A stretch of 36,727 nucleotides of DNA from Bigelowiella natans CCMP2755 (lineage: Eukaryota; Protista; Cercozoa). Every line of letters begins with the position of its first letter. Position 1 is the first letter of the stretch. The notes under the pieces are model-generated. The model saw nothing but the letters and a program-made list of their open reading frames with translations. It was not told where the DNA came from and did no database searches. Both the position numbers and the translations under genes were made by a program. This document shows, piece by piece, positions 14,741 to 25,616 of the stretch. The stretch lies in the NCBI GenBank assembly GCA_000320545.1, contig ADNK01002262.1:1-36727 (forward strand). The letters run 5' to 3'.

Positions 14741-14997
14741 CAGCAGAGCAGCAGCAACAGCAGCAGCTATGACCTCAAACACCCACACATCCTGCGAGTC
14801 TGGCCTGATAAATCATCAGCATCGCAGCAGAGAAAAGCAAACAGCCATCCATAGCGGCGCAACAAAGCACATTGGGGAATCGGAAGAAAAATCACTTTCC
14901 CCAGCAGCATCATCATCATCATCATCATCATCGTTCATGTCATCAACTGGGCCTTGCCCCACCCTTCAAAAAAGGGGGAGGAGCTCTACTACCACTG

Positions 14998-15031
<34 letters not shown>

Positions 15032-15211
15032 CACTACTACTGCTAGATGTGGTAGTCTATATAACCTTGGTTTCCTACGCCTCCCCTGAAATAACTCAAG
15101 ACGAGGCGATATCTGGAATGAATACGTGCATGCAATCGTGCTGATGATTTCGCCTCATTTTGAAGTAGTAGAGTAGTGGTGGTAGTAGAAGTAGTAGCAG
15201 CACTATTTTCC

Positions 15212-15257
<46 letters not shown>

Positions 15258-15432
15258 CCTCCCCATCGTCGTACTATCGATTCTTCCGCTCGTTAGCAGC
15301 CGCTCCCTACCTCCCATCGAAGTAAGCAAAGGCACACGTGGGAGAAAGGGCCGATCCTCTTTAGAACCTCTGTAATGGTAAACAGTTTTGAAAGCGTACA
15401 TGTGTGTACACACACACACACACACACACACA

Positions 15433-15473
<41 letters not shown>

Positions 15474-16005
15474 GTGTGTGTACATGTGTGCGTGTGAGTC
15501 CAAGCACCACACACACGTTCTCCACATACCATTGAAAGCATACGAGAAGATTCAAACTCATAAACAAAACTATTCAGGAGCCTACCAATCGTGTCGTCGA
15601 AGTAGATGTCCGCATTCGCTAGCAGTACCTAGCACCAGCAGCAGCGCAGCAGCACGTTTCCCTCCATGATATCACAACGATTGCTTTACAGATAGATGCA
15701 TTTGACGGCATTTTTCGGGGGGTAAAAAATGGTTTGTTTCCTTCCCTGATGCCCCTGCACTACCAGGACGACGACGATCTCTCTTTCGAAATTATGCGAT
15801 GTACCTTGGCTCCGATGGGGATATGAATGGAGGCGAACCTGAAGGCCCGGCCGAACGTTAGTCTACCACCGATGTCGTATGGTTTTACCTGTTTAGAATC
15901 AGGAAATGGTGATGATGATGATGATGATGATGATAATGGTGAAGATGATGCCACTATCACCACTGCCACGGGTGATTTTGGTAGTATTGTCCGAGTTTCT
16001 AAAAT

Positions 16006-16044
<39 letters not shown>

Positions 16045-16428
16045 GGAGGGGAGGGGGGGGGGGGGGGGGCAAAGAGTCTTTTCAACCTTCTTCAAGTCGG
16101 AAGCAGTAAACCCCCTCCGTTTTTGCTGGTCTTCAAAACCGTGAAGAAACCCTTCCTCGAGCAGAACGTGGACCTATATGTGTGTTGTAATCTGGTGATG
16201 AGTATCGAAGCAAACAGCTACTAGTAGTAGGGCAAAGAACATACATTCTAAGAAATAAACCCGCATGCATGCCACCAACACTTTCGCAACACTTTCGTAA
16301 CGCTTTTTGCTTGTTGCACACTGTAGCTGTATCCTCCTTTCATAGCTGCTACCTTGGTGAATAAGGGGTTTTGAAGGTTCCGGCGCAAACAAAAGTCGAG
16401 CTCCTTCTGTCTGTTTTTATATTTGTGC

Positions 16429-16460
<32 letters not shown>

Positions 16461-17228
16461 CCATTTTTTTTATAAAATTGGGAATTGGAATGTAAGGAAG
16501 ATATAATACAAGGTAGTAGTGTGCTGAAGCATATGTTTAACAAAAGGGACGGTTGGAGGGCTCCCCACAGAAGTAGTACCTCTTCTGATCTGGATGGTTG
16601 AAGTACTGTACCACTAAGTGAAGCTGCTGCTCTGACCTACACCCGTCGCCTCTACTCCTCCTGCTGCTACTGCTGCTGCTGCTGCTGCTGCTGATATTAT
16701 TCGATGGTGCTGCTACGATGTCCGCCTCTTCCCCTTTCTCCTCGATGCCACCTTTGCTGCTATGGGTGGTGGTGGCTACATAGGTGTTGGATTTGATGAC
16801 CCGCCTTCTCTTTTCCAAGGATAAATAGGAATGCACACGCCTGATAGACGAAGATAAAATGAAACGAGGGCGACGCTTAGGGAGCGCATTTTTCGACGCT
16901 TAAGGAGCGCCTTCCCCGTACTGCATGCCACATCAATGAAACTCCCCATCTACGACAAACCCCATTCCCCCTCCCAAAACCAAATCAGTAACCCCTATCA
17001 GCTCGAACGGAAAAGAAATTTGCCGGCGTAGTATGCGACCTCGAGAGCTCGTTGAGTGCCTGCACTAATCGATTCTGCTCCGCTTCTAACCTGGCAATGG
17101 ATGACATGATGAAGACGAGAGTGAGATCAATACAGCAATGCTCCCTCTGAGCGCTCGTCCGAGGAGGGAGCGGAATATATAGATATCTACGGTTCTTGTG
17201 CGCACCTCTTAAGCTGTTGCTGACTCAT
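13157..17228 (-). CDS. Putative glycosyltransferase-like (GT-A-like) type II membrane protein, multi-exon
   Basis: Spliced exons give a hydrophobic N-terminal segment, then LVVQYFNHPDQKR, KELDFCLRRNLQNPLFTK|VHVLLEE, RLTFGRAFRFA, VLLANADIYFDDTI, CLLRWE, PDSQDVWVFE, FRLG|QPGCDNRIAY...GYHVLNPCHTIK|IYHVHS, RVPGPYRNVHP...* (stop at 13157). Function and start codon are inferred. Confidence 0.65.
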
Positions 17229-17358
17229 CCGCGGCCGAAGAAGCAGGGAGAGCGGCTGCAGTGCTTCACTTCCGAACGTCCATTGTCGCTCTGTTGTTTG
17301 TGTTGCTTTACAAATATTATTCAGAAAAATTATTATACCAAATATATCACAAGAAAAT

Positions 17359-18861
17359 ATGACATCCTATTTTTATTTTGAATCAGAGGGTTCATGCCAA
17401 AACTTTCGAAGGATTTCTGACCAGCCGTCCGTTTTCCACGCCACCATCCGAAAGTAACGGCGGTTTCACGCCCCCCCCCCTCACACACGACACTGTTTTC
17501 GCCGAACGAGTAGAGGGAAGAAAAAGAGGGGATAAAATTCATTAGTTACTTTCATCCTCTGTTCCACGATCGAACTAAAAGGATACTCTTGACCCCCCCC
17601 CCCCCCTCTTTCAGTATGCATCGTAGAGAGGGAAAGAGGAAAAAGCCTAAGTCCCGATTGCGACAGGCCATTGAGCAGCATCGGCGTGATGCAGCTGCAG
17701 GTACCGCTCGGTCCATTCGAATAGAGATCCAGAACCGACACAACTCTCGTTATCTTATCAGGCAGTAATCTGAGCAATATCACCGCCATGCTGGCGAACT
17801 TTGAGATGAGAATAGAGGCTCTTAGAACTCGTACGTGCTTCTGCAATGCCTAACAACACCCAACCCTTAATGGACATGGAAATAGGGCTGTACTGCACCG
17901 ATCGGCATCATGATTGGTGTTGCTGTTGGTGTCACCATCCTGTCTTCTGTTTCCCTGCTCATTGTTTGCCCTTCTGCAAACCCCAATTCCACAACCCAGA
18001 GATTAGAATCGACGACCGAGAAATCGGTGAGCTAGAAAAGCAGCTTATACCTTTGCGGAAGAAGAGGTTGTGAGGAATGTGGACTTCTTTCGTCTTTGCT
18101 GATTCCTCCGCTACTAGTGATACCGCTTCAGTATATGTTGCTATTATATGAATATACACACAAATATAATATTATATCCTTATTCTCCCTCTCCCTCTCC
18201 CCCTCCCTTTCTCTTTCGTCTGTATTTCAATCGATATCAGGGACGAAATGCTAGAAGAAACGAAAGATTTGAAGGAGTTCGTCAGGGTGATTAAAAGCCG
18301 CTTTCGTGCGTCTTCCTTGCAATACAATTCCATCTCGTGCTACTGCAGAAATTCATTGTTTTGGTTTGTATTTAGCATTTCGATAAAAATATTGGTCCGT
18401 TCAACGACAGCTACGACAACCTGCAAAAAGGTTGATCCAGCCACGTATTAAAAAGAGGAGAGAGAGGGGGGGGGGTGGGATGACGAGGCTGCAGAGATGT
18501 GCGAACACTACAAATGCGCAAACGATATACTGAGCTGACGTTTGTTTTTGATACTATAACCTGTGCATCACAGGCTTAAGGATCGATATGAAGTCGCAAA
18601 GGGGAAACATGCTGCTGGAATCCAGCTCCTGGTACTCCTAGTTTCGCAGCCAGTGTTCGTTTTGTTTAGCGTAGGAAAGGGTCGTTGAATTTGCGTTCTT
18701 CGTGCAACACAAGAACATGATTAAAGCTCGTCATTCAGTCCTATTTGCCACCTGAAAAGCATTGACCGTTTTTTTTTTCCTAGGTTGACGTATATGACTA
18801 CCATCCGGCATTTAAACGATGGGACGACTCCTTTACCGCAACGCCCTTCAAGCCCCAGTGA
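17359..18861 (+). CDS. Hypothetical coiled-coil protein, multi-exon
   Basis: GT-AG exons: NLSNITAMLANFEMRIEALRT, IRIDDREIGELEKQLIPLRKKR, DEMLEETKDLKEFVR, HFDKNIGPFNDSYDNLQK, LKDRYEVAKGKHAAGIQLL, VDVYDYHPAFKRWDDSFTATPFKPQ*. 5' exons uncertain. Confidence 0.6.
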
Positions 18862-20092
18862 GAGAGCAGTAAATAGCATGTTGCCTTTCTCATGGAGCTT
18901 CAGGATCAAATGTGCGAGACCGGCGAGCATTTGATGAGTTCATCTATGTGATGCTAATGGAGGCGAAATGTAGCTACGCTACGCGTTACCTACTGTTTTG
19001 CTTCCGCATGTATATTCATGTGTCGTTAACATATTTCCGATCAGTTCATACTTCTAGATCTTAGTACGTGTAGACTCGTCCATGCAGCTTACACTATAAT
19101 TAGTAATAGCATGCCATTCTAGTAGTGTGACTACATTAGATTGCAGGCGTGCTGCAAACACCCCATCTAGCCATATGCAATGTACAACGCGTTTAGACAT
19201 GTGGTGTGTGTCTGGTCGAACGAGTGCGATGCGATGATGCGGCAGCCTGCCTGCAGCTGAGGGCGTCATTAGATTTTGTATTTGTTTGTTTTAGCGATCA
19301 TGTGTTCTATGCATGCGAACGTCTCATGTCGTCATGTCGATGTCTATGTATATCTGTGTCTATGTGCCAGGCTGGAGCTATATGGCTAGAGACAACAATT
19401 TAATACGGCAGTACACTGACTCTCTATCATTGTAGAAGCATGTAAACCGTGCGTGGGACCCCACGCAATGAGGCTGCTTGCGCACCATGCCATTCACGAC
19501 ATCTATAACATCTAGACATCGAGCTATCTCTAGTAGATCTAGCTATGAACCGCCTGCATATTTAAATACCACGTGCGACACATGTGGTGTAATGTCAATA
19601 AAGACATAAAGACATCGATCATCTTCTACAATTCCTATAATGCAGCAATGCGAGGCATGCGAACACCAACAGCTAAGATTGCGAATCCAATTGAATGTCA
19701 TTATGCATGAATCGAAACGATGCGAGGTGAAACGACTTTATAACTTACTGAAGCTGAAAAAGAAACACGAACCGCTCTAGCTAGCTAGCGCTGCGCGCGC
19801 ACCGCACAACATAGAAGACAGGATGCAGATGCTTTCAAATGCATGAAACATGTGTTGTGTTAGACGAAACAAACAGATACATACGCAACCTAAGCGCTGT
19901 AGCTGCTGCTTTGCATAGCTACATTAGGATGGCCATTGAAAAGATTGAATCACTTCATTATATCCGTCTGATAATTTGTGTAATACATGGTATGCATGTA
20001 TGTACACGATGCGTTGGCAAAATAAAACAGAATTCTAAACCCTCCGAGGCACAGCAAAATCACATGCAAGAACCGCCGCTGTGGTCGGCTTG

Positions 20093-21978
20093 CTACCACG
20101 ATTTGCAGCATTGGTTGTGCTTCTTTGACTGAGCATAAAACTCTTTCGCTATCTCTGAGAGGTCCTGAGAATTCACAAGTTTGAGACAAAGAAAGGCGGG
20201 CATTAACACGGTTCGATGCATTACAGGCGACGCTCAGTTTTACAGCTTCTGAGTCTCATGTTGCTGTGCAACGCTCGATCACTGTGCTGCAGAGTGCAGG
20301 GTAGCACCCTCACATCGGCCTCTCAACTTGATACAAAAATAAGAGAAAAATATGGTTGCATTACTAGTAGCTTCTACCTCAGTCTTGTAAACAAGATCAT
20401 CCAGCTGCTCTCCTCGGTCCAGTAGAAGAGTAAGGTTGTCTTTCTGCAATCACACAGCATACGAACAGTATGTCAGAAAACAAAGCTTTGCGAAATCTAC
20501 ATCACCACCGTTGTCGTCATCGTCATCATCATTATCATCACTATTGTCATCATCATCGCTGTCATCATTGGAGTGTACATTTCATTTACCAGCTGCAGTT
20601 TTAGTTCCGAGACCTCTTCTTGGACTTTTCCAAGTTTATCCATTTTCTTTGGGTCCTGATGCACATTTTATGATTAAGAGGAGTCGAGAGGTATGCAACG
20701 AGAGAGAGAGAGAGGGAAACCTTGTATTCCTTAAGGTATTTTTCCATAAAAGGAGGTGAGACTGGTTTTTTTGATTCTTTCGTTACTGTTTTCCTGATTT
20801 GACAATAATGATCATGCTAATAATCAGCTTGCCGCACAACACTCCACACCTTATCTGCAAGACATACCCACCCCCCCGTTCGATAGATCATATATCTGCA
20901 TTCCAAGACCACATCTTCCCATCCAATGGCCCCTTTTCCCTTCTTGCATTGCTACCATTTGTCCCCGAGCTTGCTATTGAGATCTTTACACACGAGGTAG
21001 AGCAGCTGATAAGCCATATCCTGCGGATATTCCTGCGAAAAAAAAAATAACAATACTATCATCAGTGTGATCATGTAGGTAGCTCTTAGAGTCACTTTCT
21101 GAACGACCTCATCTGTCACGCAAACAGCTGCAAGGCCATCCGAACGAACTAAACTCTGCCAAACGGACGCAGAAAACACGATAATCAGTTTGCTGTATCT
21201 TGCGTTGCGAATTACTGTGGCAATGACGGCAATGATGATCTAGAACCAAGGTAGGCGTACATGAGCTATATAGTCTTCATATCCGCAGCCAACCGACACT
21301 CGTTCTCCCCTGTGCGGAAATGATGGTTACGATGGTGGTGCTTGTCAGGGGAATGAACAGTCTCTACGAGTTAAGTGTAAGGTTCACAACACTACTTTGG
21401 TGTTCTTTCGCACGTTGTCCGGGAACCGAAGTACACAAACTCACGGGCCTTGCCTCTGGAGAAGTACCTGTAGGAAAGGTGGTGGCTTTTTAAGAACAAC
21501 ATTGGGTTTTAAATAACCGCGTATTACGAGCGTTTCGCATTGGTTGTCGGAATGGAATCAAATCATTGCTATCTGCTACATTCAAAAACGTAGTTGTAAA
21601 AAATTGAAGAAACTCACCCAAATGGCGACATGTCATCCACCTGAAGCAACAATGGTTGGGATTTCGTTAACAATTCTGTTGGTATAGACAAGAAGAAGGC
21701 TGTTCACCTGCGCCAGCTTTAATGCCCTTTCGCCTTTTCCCTCATGGCGGAACACAATGATGCAAATTAACTGGAGAAATATTGGATCAGGGGAAGAATA
21801 AGCCAATACCATTTATCGATTATTGAGAATTAATGAATGTGTGCTGCACAGAGCGAGGCCATTTTCTCCCCATTGAAAGGTGCTACGGCGGTCGCCAAAG
21901 AAGGATCCACACGTATGCACAACATTGGGCTCAGATGCATTCTCCCGAGGCCTGACCTCAGGGCATTACCTTAACCAT
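20093..21978 (-). CDS. YKT6: Longin-domain R-SNARE Ykt6
   Basis: Eleven exons splice in phase: MVK|LICIIVFRHEGKGERALKLAQ|VDDMSPFG|YFSRGKAREFVYFGSRTTCERTPK|GERVSVGCGYEDYIAH|SLVRSDGLAAVCVTDE|EYPQDMAYQLLY...KW|...EYK|DPKKMDKLGKVQEEVSELKLQL|KDNLTLLLDRGEQLDDLVYKTE|DLSEIAKEFYAQSKKHNQCCKSW*. Longin fold, R-SNARE LDRGE core, no TM helix, terminal CC motif. Confidence 0.92.
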
Positions 21979-22501
21979 GCTCCCGACCGGAGAGAAGAAT
22001 ACGTCAGGAAGGTGGGATAGGGCGTCGGCACGAAGAGAGCTTGGCTATTTTTTGGTCGTAGAGACAAAATTAGGCTATTATTTTACGATGTCGCACATAA
22101 CTTTCACAGGCCATTTTATCGAATCATTCGAGCTGCAGGTTCTCGGAAAGAGCGGAATCCCAACGAAGAGAAATATACGAAATCCCCTTGGTTTTTTCTC
22201 TGCGTCATCTAAGATATGCAATAAATAATAATCAGCTTCGTGTGAGAAATAACGGCTGAACTCCATAGTTTAACGAACGCACTTTGGATCACAACACAAA
22301 CTAATCCACGGCATCTTCATGTAAAGAATACCATAGAATAGAATGTGAGACGAGTACCATGTACATGTATTCGTACTCGTATTTGCATTCAAGCATCCCC
22401 CCCCCCTTCTCTCTCTTTGGTTATTCATCTTTGCTTCTCTCTTTTTTTCTCGCTTTACGTTCCGACGACACCCCTAACTCTTGCAGATTTTTCCCCAGAC
22501 A

Positions 22502-24222
22502 ATGCAAGAAGATGGAAAAAAGGAGGAGGTCTGGAATACTCCAGGAGGGGCGTTTATGATGGGTGCTGATCCTAAGAATGCTAAGTTCATGTTGGATTGG
22601 TGGGAGACAATCACCAGAGTCGTAGGTGAAACCAAAGCTTTTCAACAAGCCTTGATTCGCACTAGAACTCAATTTCTAAAAAGACGCCTGTAAATATACT
22701 TAGCCGATCCCAAAGATTGTGAGGATCAAGTAAAATCATTTAAAGAGGCTTGCTTGAAAGGTACCAAAACTTTTTTTTCTTATGCTTTCTTCAAATTACA
22801 ACTTAATGGCACACTATTTCACTCACAGGCTTCACCGGGGGCAAAGAAGAAGGGGGAGCATACGAATTGATAGCGAGCCTTCAGCTATATTATGGGGATT
22901 ACACTATGTTGATGTTTGCTGCGCGCGCAGGTAATTTGGAAAACACCAAGTTTCTCATTAAAATGGGCTCGAATGTTGACCAGGTCGACTCGCAAGGTTA
23001 CACTGCGCTCATGCACGCTGCAGTTACCGGACACGCTGACTGTGTCAGTGCAATTCTACAGAGCGGTGCACTGAGTTTCCTGAAGAACAAGAAAGGTTTG
23101 ACTGCAGCCGACCTCGCGGCAAACCACGAGAAACAGGGTGTATATAAAAAAAGGGACCAAAAGAAGTGCGTCGAAATCCTCAAATCAGCAGGAACGGACT
23201 CTGATGCAGGAGCAATTGCTCTCATGCGGAATGGGACAGTTGCTCAGATCGACGCTGCGTTTGAACAATTTCCCGAATTGTTGGGTAAGAAACTCTCCGT
23301 AATGTACACCGAAAAGTTGGTCAGTAAATCGGGCACGAACATGTTCCTAATTGCCGCAGCCGCCGGTAGGCTCGAAATCCTAAAGAAAATCTTCCCATGT
23401 TACATGAAAAGGAACAGGAAAATATTAATTAACAGGATGGATTACAAGTTTACGACCTATACTCCCCTAATGATGGGTGTAAAGAGCGGTAATGTAGAAA
23501 TGGTCAAATGGCTTCTCGAAAATCAGGCGTCCCCGAAAATCCTAGGGGACCGCAAGACAGGGGAGTACCCGATCGGAGCCGCAGCGTCGAAGAACGATAT
23601 CCAGCTTCTCAAGATACTGATTGATGCTAAAGCGGATTTAAACGCGAAAGAGAACAATGGTGATTTCCCGCTCGTAAAAGCAACGGAGATAGAGGCGCTC
23701 AGGGTTCTAATTGAGGCAAAGGCAGATCTTAATCAGAAGGATAGAGATGGAAAAAGTCTACTTGTGAAATTGGCGATCAACAAGGATGACAAAAAGCTGG
23801 AAGTAGTCAAGCTCCTGGTTGAGGGCAAGGCGGACCTTGACTCTCAAGACCGCTACAAAAATACAGCCACTCACTATGCGGCAGACACAGGCAACGAGCC
23901 ACTTGCAAGGCTGCTCCTGGAGAATGGTGCAAACGGCATGATCAAAGGAGAGAGGGGCAAGACGCCATTTGATCTTGCCACCAGAAAATTGAAACCCATG
24001 TTCGAGAAGATCATTAAGGCTGCAGAGGAGGCTAAGGCCAAGGCGGATGCTGAGGCTAAGGCCAAGGCGGATGCTGAGGCTAAGGCCAAGGCGGAGGCGG
24101 AGGCAAAAGCCAAGGCTGAGGCGGAGGCAAAAGCCAAGGCTGAAGCGGAGGCAAAAGCAAAAGCTGAAGCGGAGGCAAAAGCAAAAGCTGATGCAGAAAG
24201 CCAATGTTGTGTAGTGATTTGA
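22502..24222 (+). CDS. Ankyrin-repeat protein with AEAEAKAK helical tail and C-terminal CC/CaaX motif
   Basis: Long last exon (~22829-24222) with many ankyrin repeats ([33 protein letters not shown]), ending SQCCVVI*. Upstream introns 22626-22703 and 22761-22828 keep the frame. Start uncertain. Confidence 0.85.
24031..24198 (+). repeat. 24-bp coding tandem repeat ([16 protein letters not shown], about 7 units)
   Basis: gctaaggccaaggcggatgctgag-type units with stepwise synonymous drift along the array. Confidence 0.9.
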
Positions 24223-25616
24223 TGGACCCAATTTCCGCATCATTGAGGACCCAACAAAGCACAAAGGCAAGCTCTACAAGATCAACGGTTAACGTCGAAT
24301 GAGCACATCTTTAGCAGACATGCACACATGCACATGCAGGCATGGCAACATGCCTCATTAAATAGCTACATAGCACAAGCAGCAATCTTTGATGCAATTT
24401 CACATGTAGTCATCAACATTGGTAGTGTGACAGCTAGTCGTACGTGCAACATGTCTAGATGGATGTGTGGTATCTAGGATGCATGCTAGCATGTAGCTGC
24501 TCAACAACTACATGCAGCATGTGCATGTGTTTGTGCGTAGCATGGTCACGCACATACATGTCTAGATGTCCATTGCATGCATTACACATTGCATGTCAAA
24601 AGATGCTACACACGCATGCATGCGCTGCGATACACGCGCTGCTCTCGCACGACACCTGTGACAACGAAGGCTGTCACAGCAGTCCAGTCAATCACCACGC
24701 ACCACTTCGTTGAGCAGACGATAGATATGCATGCTAGCATGGTGCACACGATCTAGGTGTTATCCAACCAAACTGGTGAAGATGCAAAGACAGTGCAATT
24801 GAACATACAGCAAAGATGGAATTGTGTGGCACAAGCCAGGCTAGCAGGGTTCATGTGTGGCACAATGAATGAACTCATATCGAGGCTAGCTAGCTAGCTC
24901 TAGAGCTAGCTAGCTCACAGCAGTCATTGCACAATGCAAGCAACGCGTGGCTTGCTGTAGCTCTTGCTAGCTTGATTGCACATGGCGCGTGGACATTCTC
25001 GGCCACCGTGTGTGATGTGTAAGTAATAATAATAATAATTATTATAACCGCCAATGGCGGTATCTGCGATGTGGGCAGAGCCCACCTGCTCGCAAAGCGA
25101 TGCGACAGCTTCATTATGCTGTATCATATTACCTTATTATACTTATGTTTTCCCAGGGGGTGTTTTCCGGGGGCGGGGGTTATATATATAAAGTATGTAA
25201 GTATTTAATATATATATATATATATATTATAAAAAGTTTGGTTTTTAAAATGCCCCATAAGCCCTCATTAGTTATAAAATGAATGAGGTTAGAAAAAAAC
25301 ACTAATTAAAGTGGGGGTCTGAAAAAAAATGAAGAAGCATACGATGTCATTATATGCGATGTGCTATGCCGTGCGAAGCGATATGCCGTGCTATGTATGT
25401 ATGTATGTTGCGAGGCGATATGCGATGCTATGCGACTGCTATGGGACTGCTATGTATGTTGCGATGATGGTATGTATAAAGCAAAAGGATTTTAGCAAAG
25501 TTTGTTATCACATTGTCAACAACAGAAGGGTGCTTTTAAAGTGAAAGGTCATCTACACATTGATTGTTCCAACCACATTTTCTCCAGACAGAACCCAATG
25601 TGTGTGCGGAAGCAGT

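Larger units (their letters stand above)
569..16700. repeat. Numerous intronic microsatellites: (CA)n, (TA)n, (GA)n, (CAT)n, (TAG)n, (CAA)n
   Basis: Directly visible, e.g. ~569-640, 799-833, 1041-1083, 9568-9603, 10994-11139, 13582-13648, 15407-15471; mostly inside inferred introns. Confidence 0.95.

Noticed and set aside
354-16700. Many ORF-track entries with poly-CV, ER, YI, H, L or S runs
   Set aside because: Translations of intronic microsatellites, not proteins.
16871-16910. Imperfect 17-bp direct repeat cgacgctta[g/a]ggagcgc
   Set aside because: Only two copies and no associated structure; probably a local duplication.
22691-22693. Apparent in-frame TAA in the ankyrin-CaaX gene
   Set aside because: Removed by a phase-compatible GT-AG intron at 22626-22703.
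23758-24270. Minus-strand ORFs over the AEAEAKAK repeat
   Set aside because: Antisense shadows of the ankyrin gene's tandem repeat.
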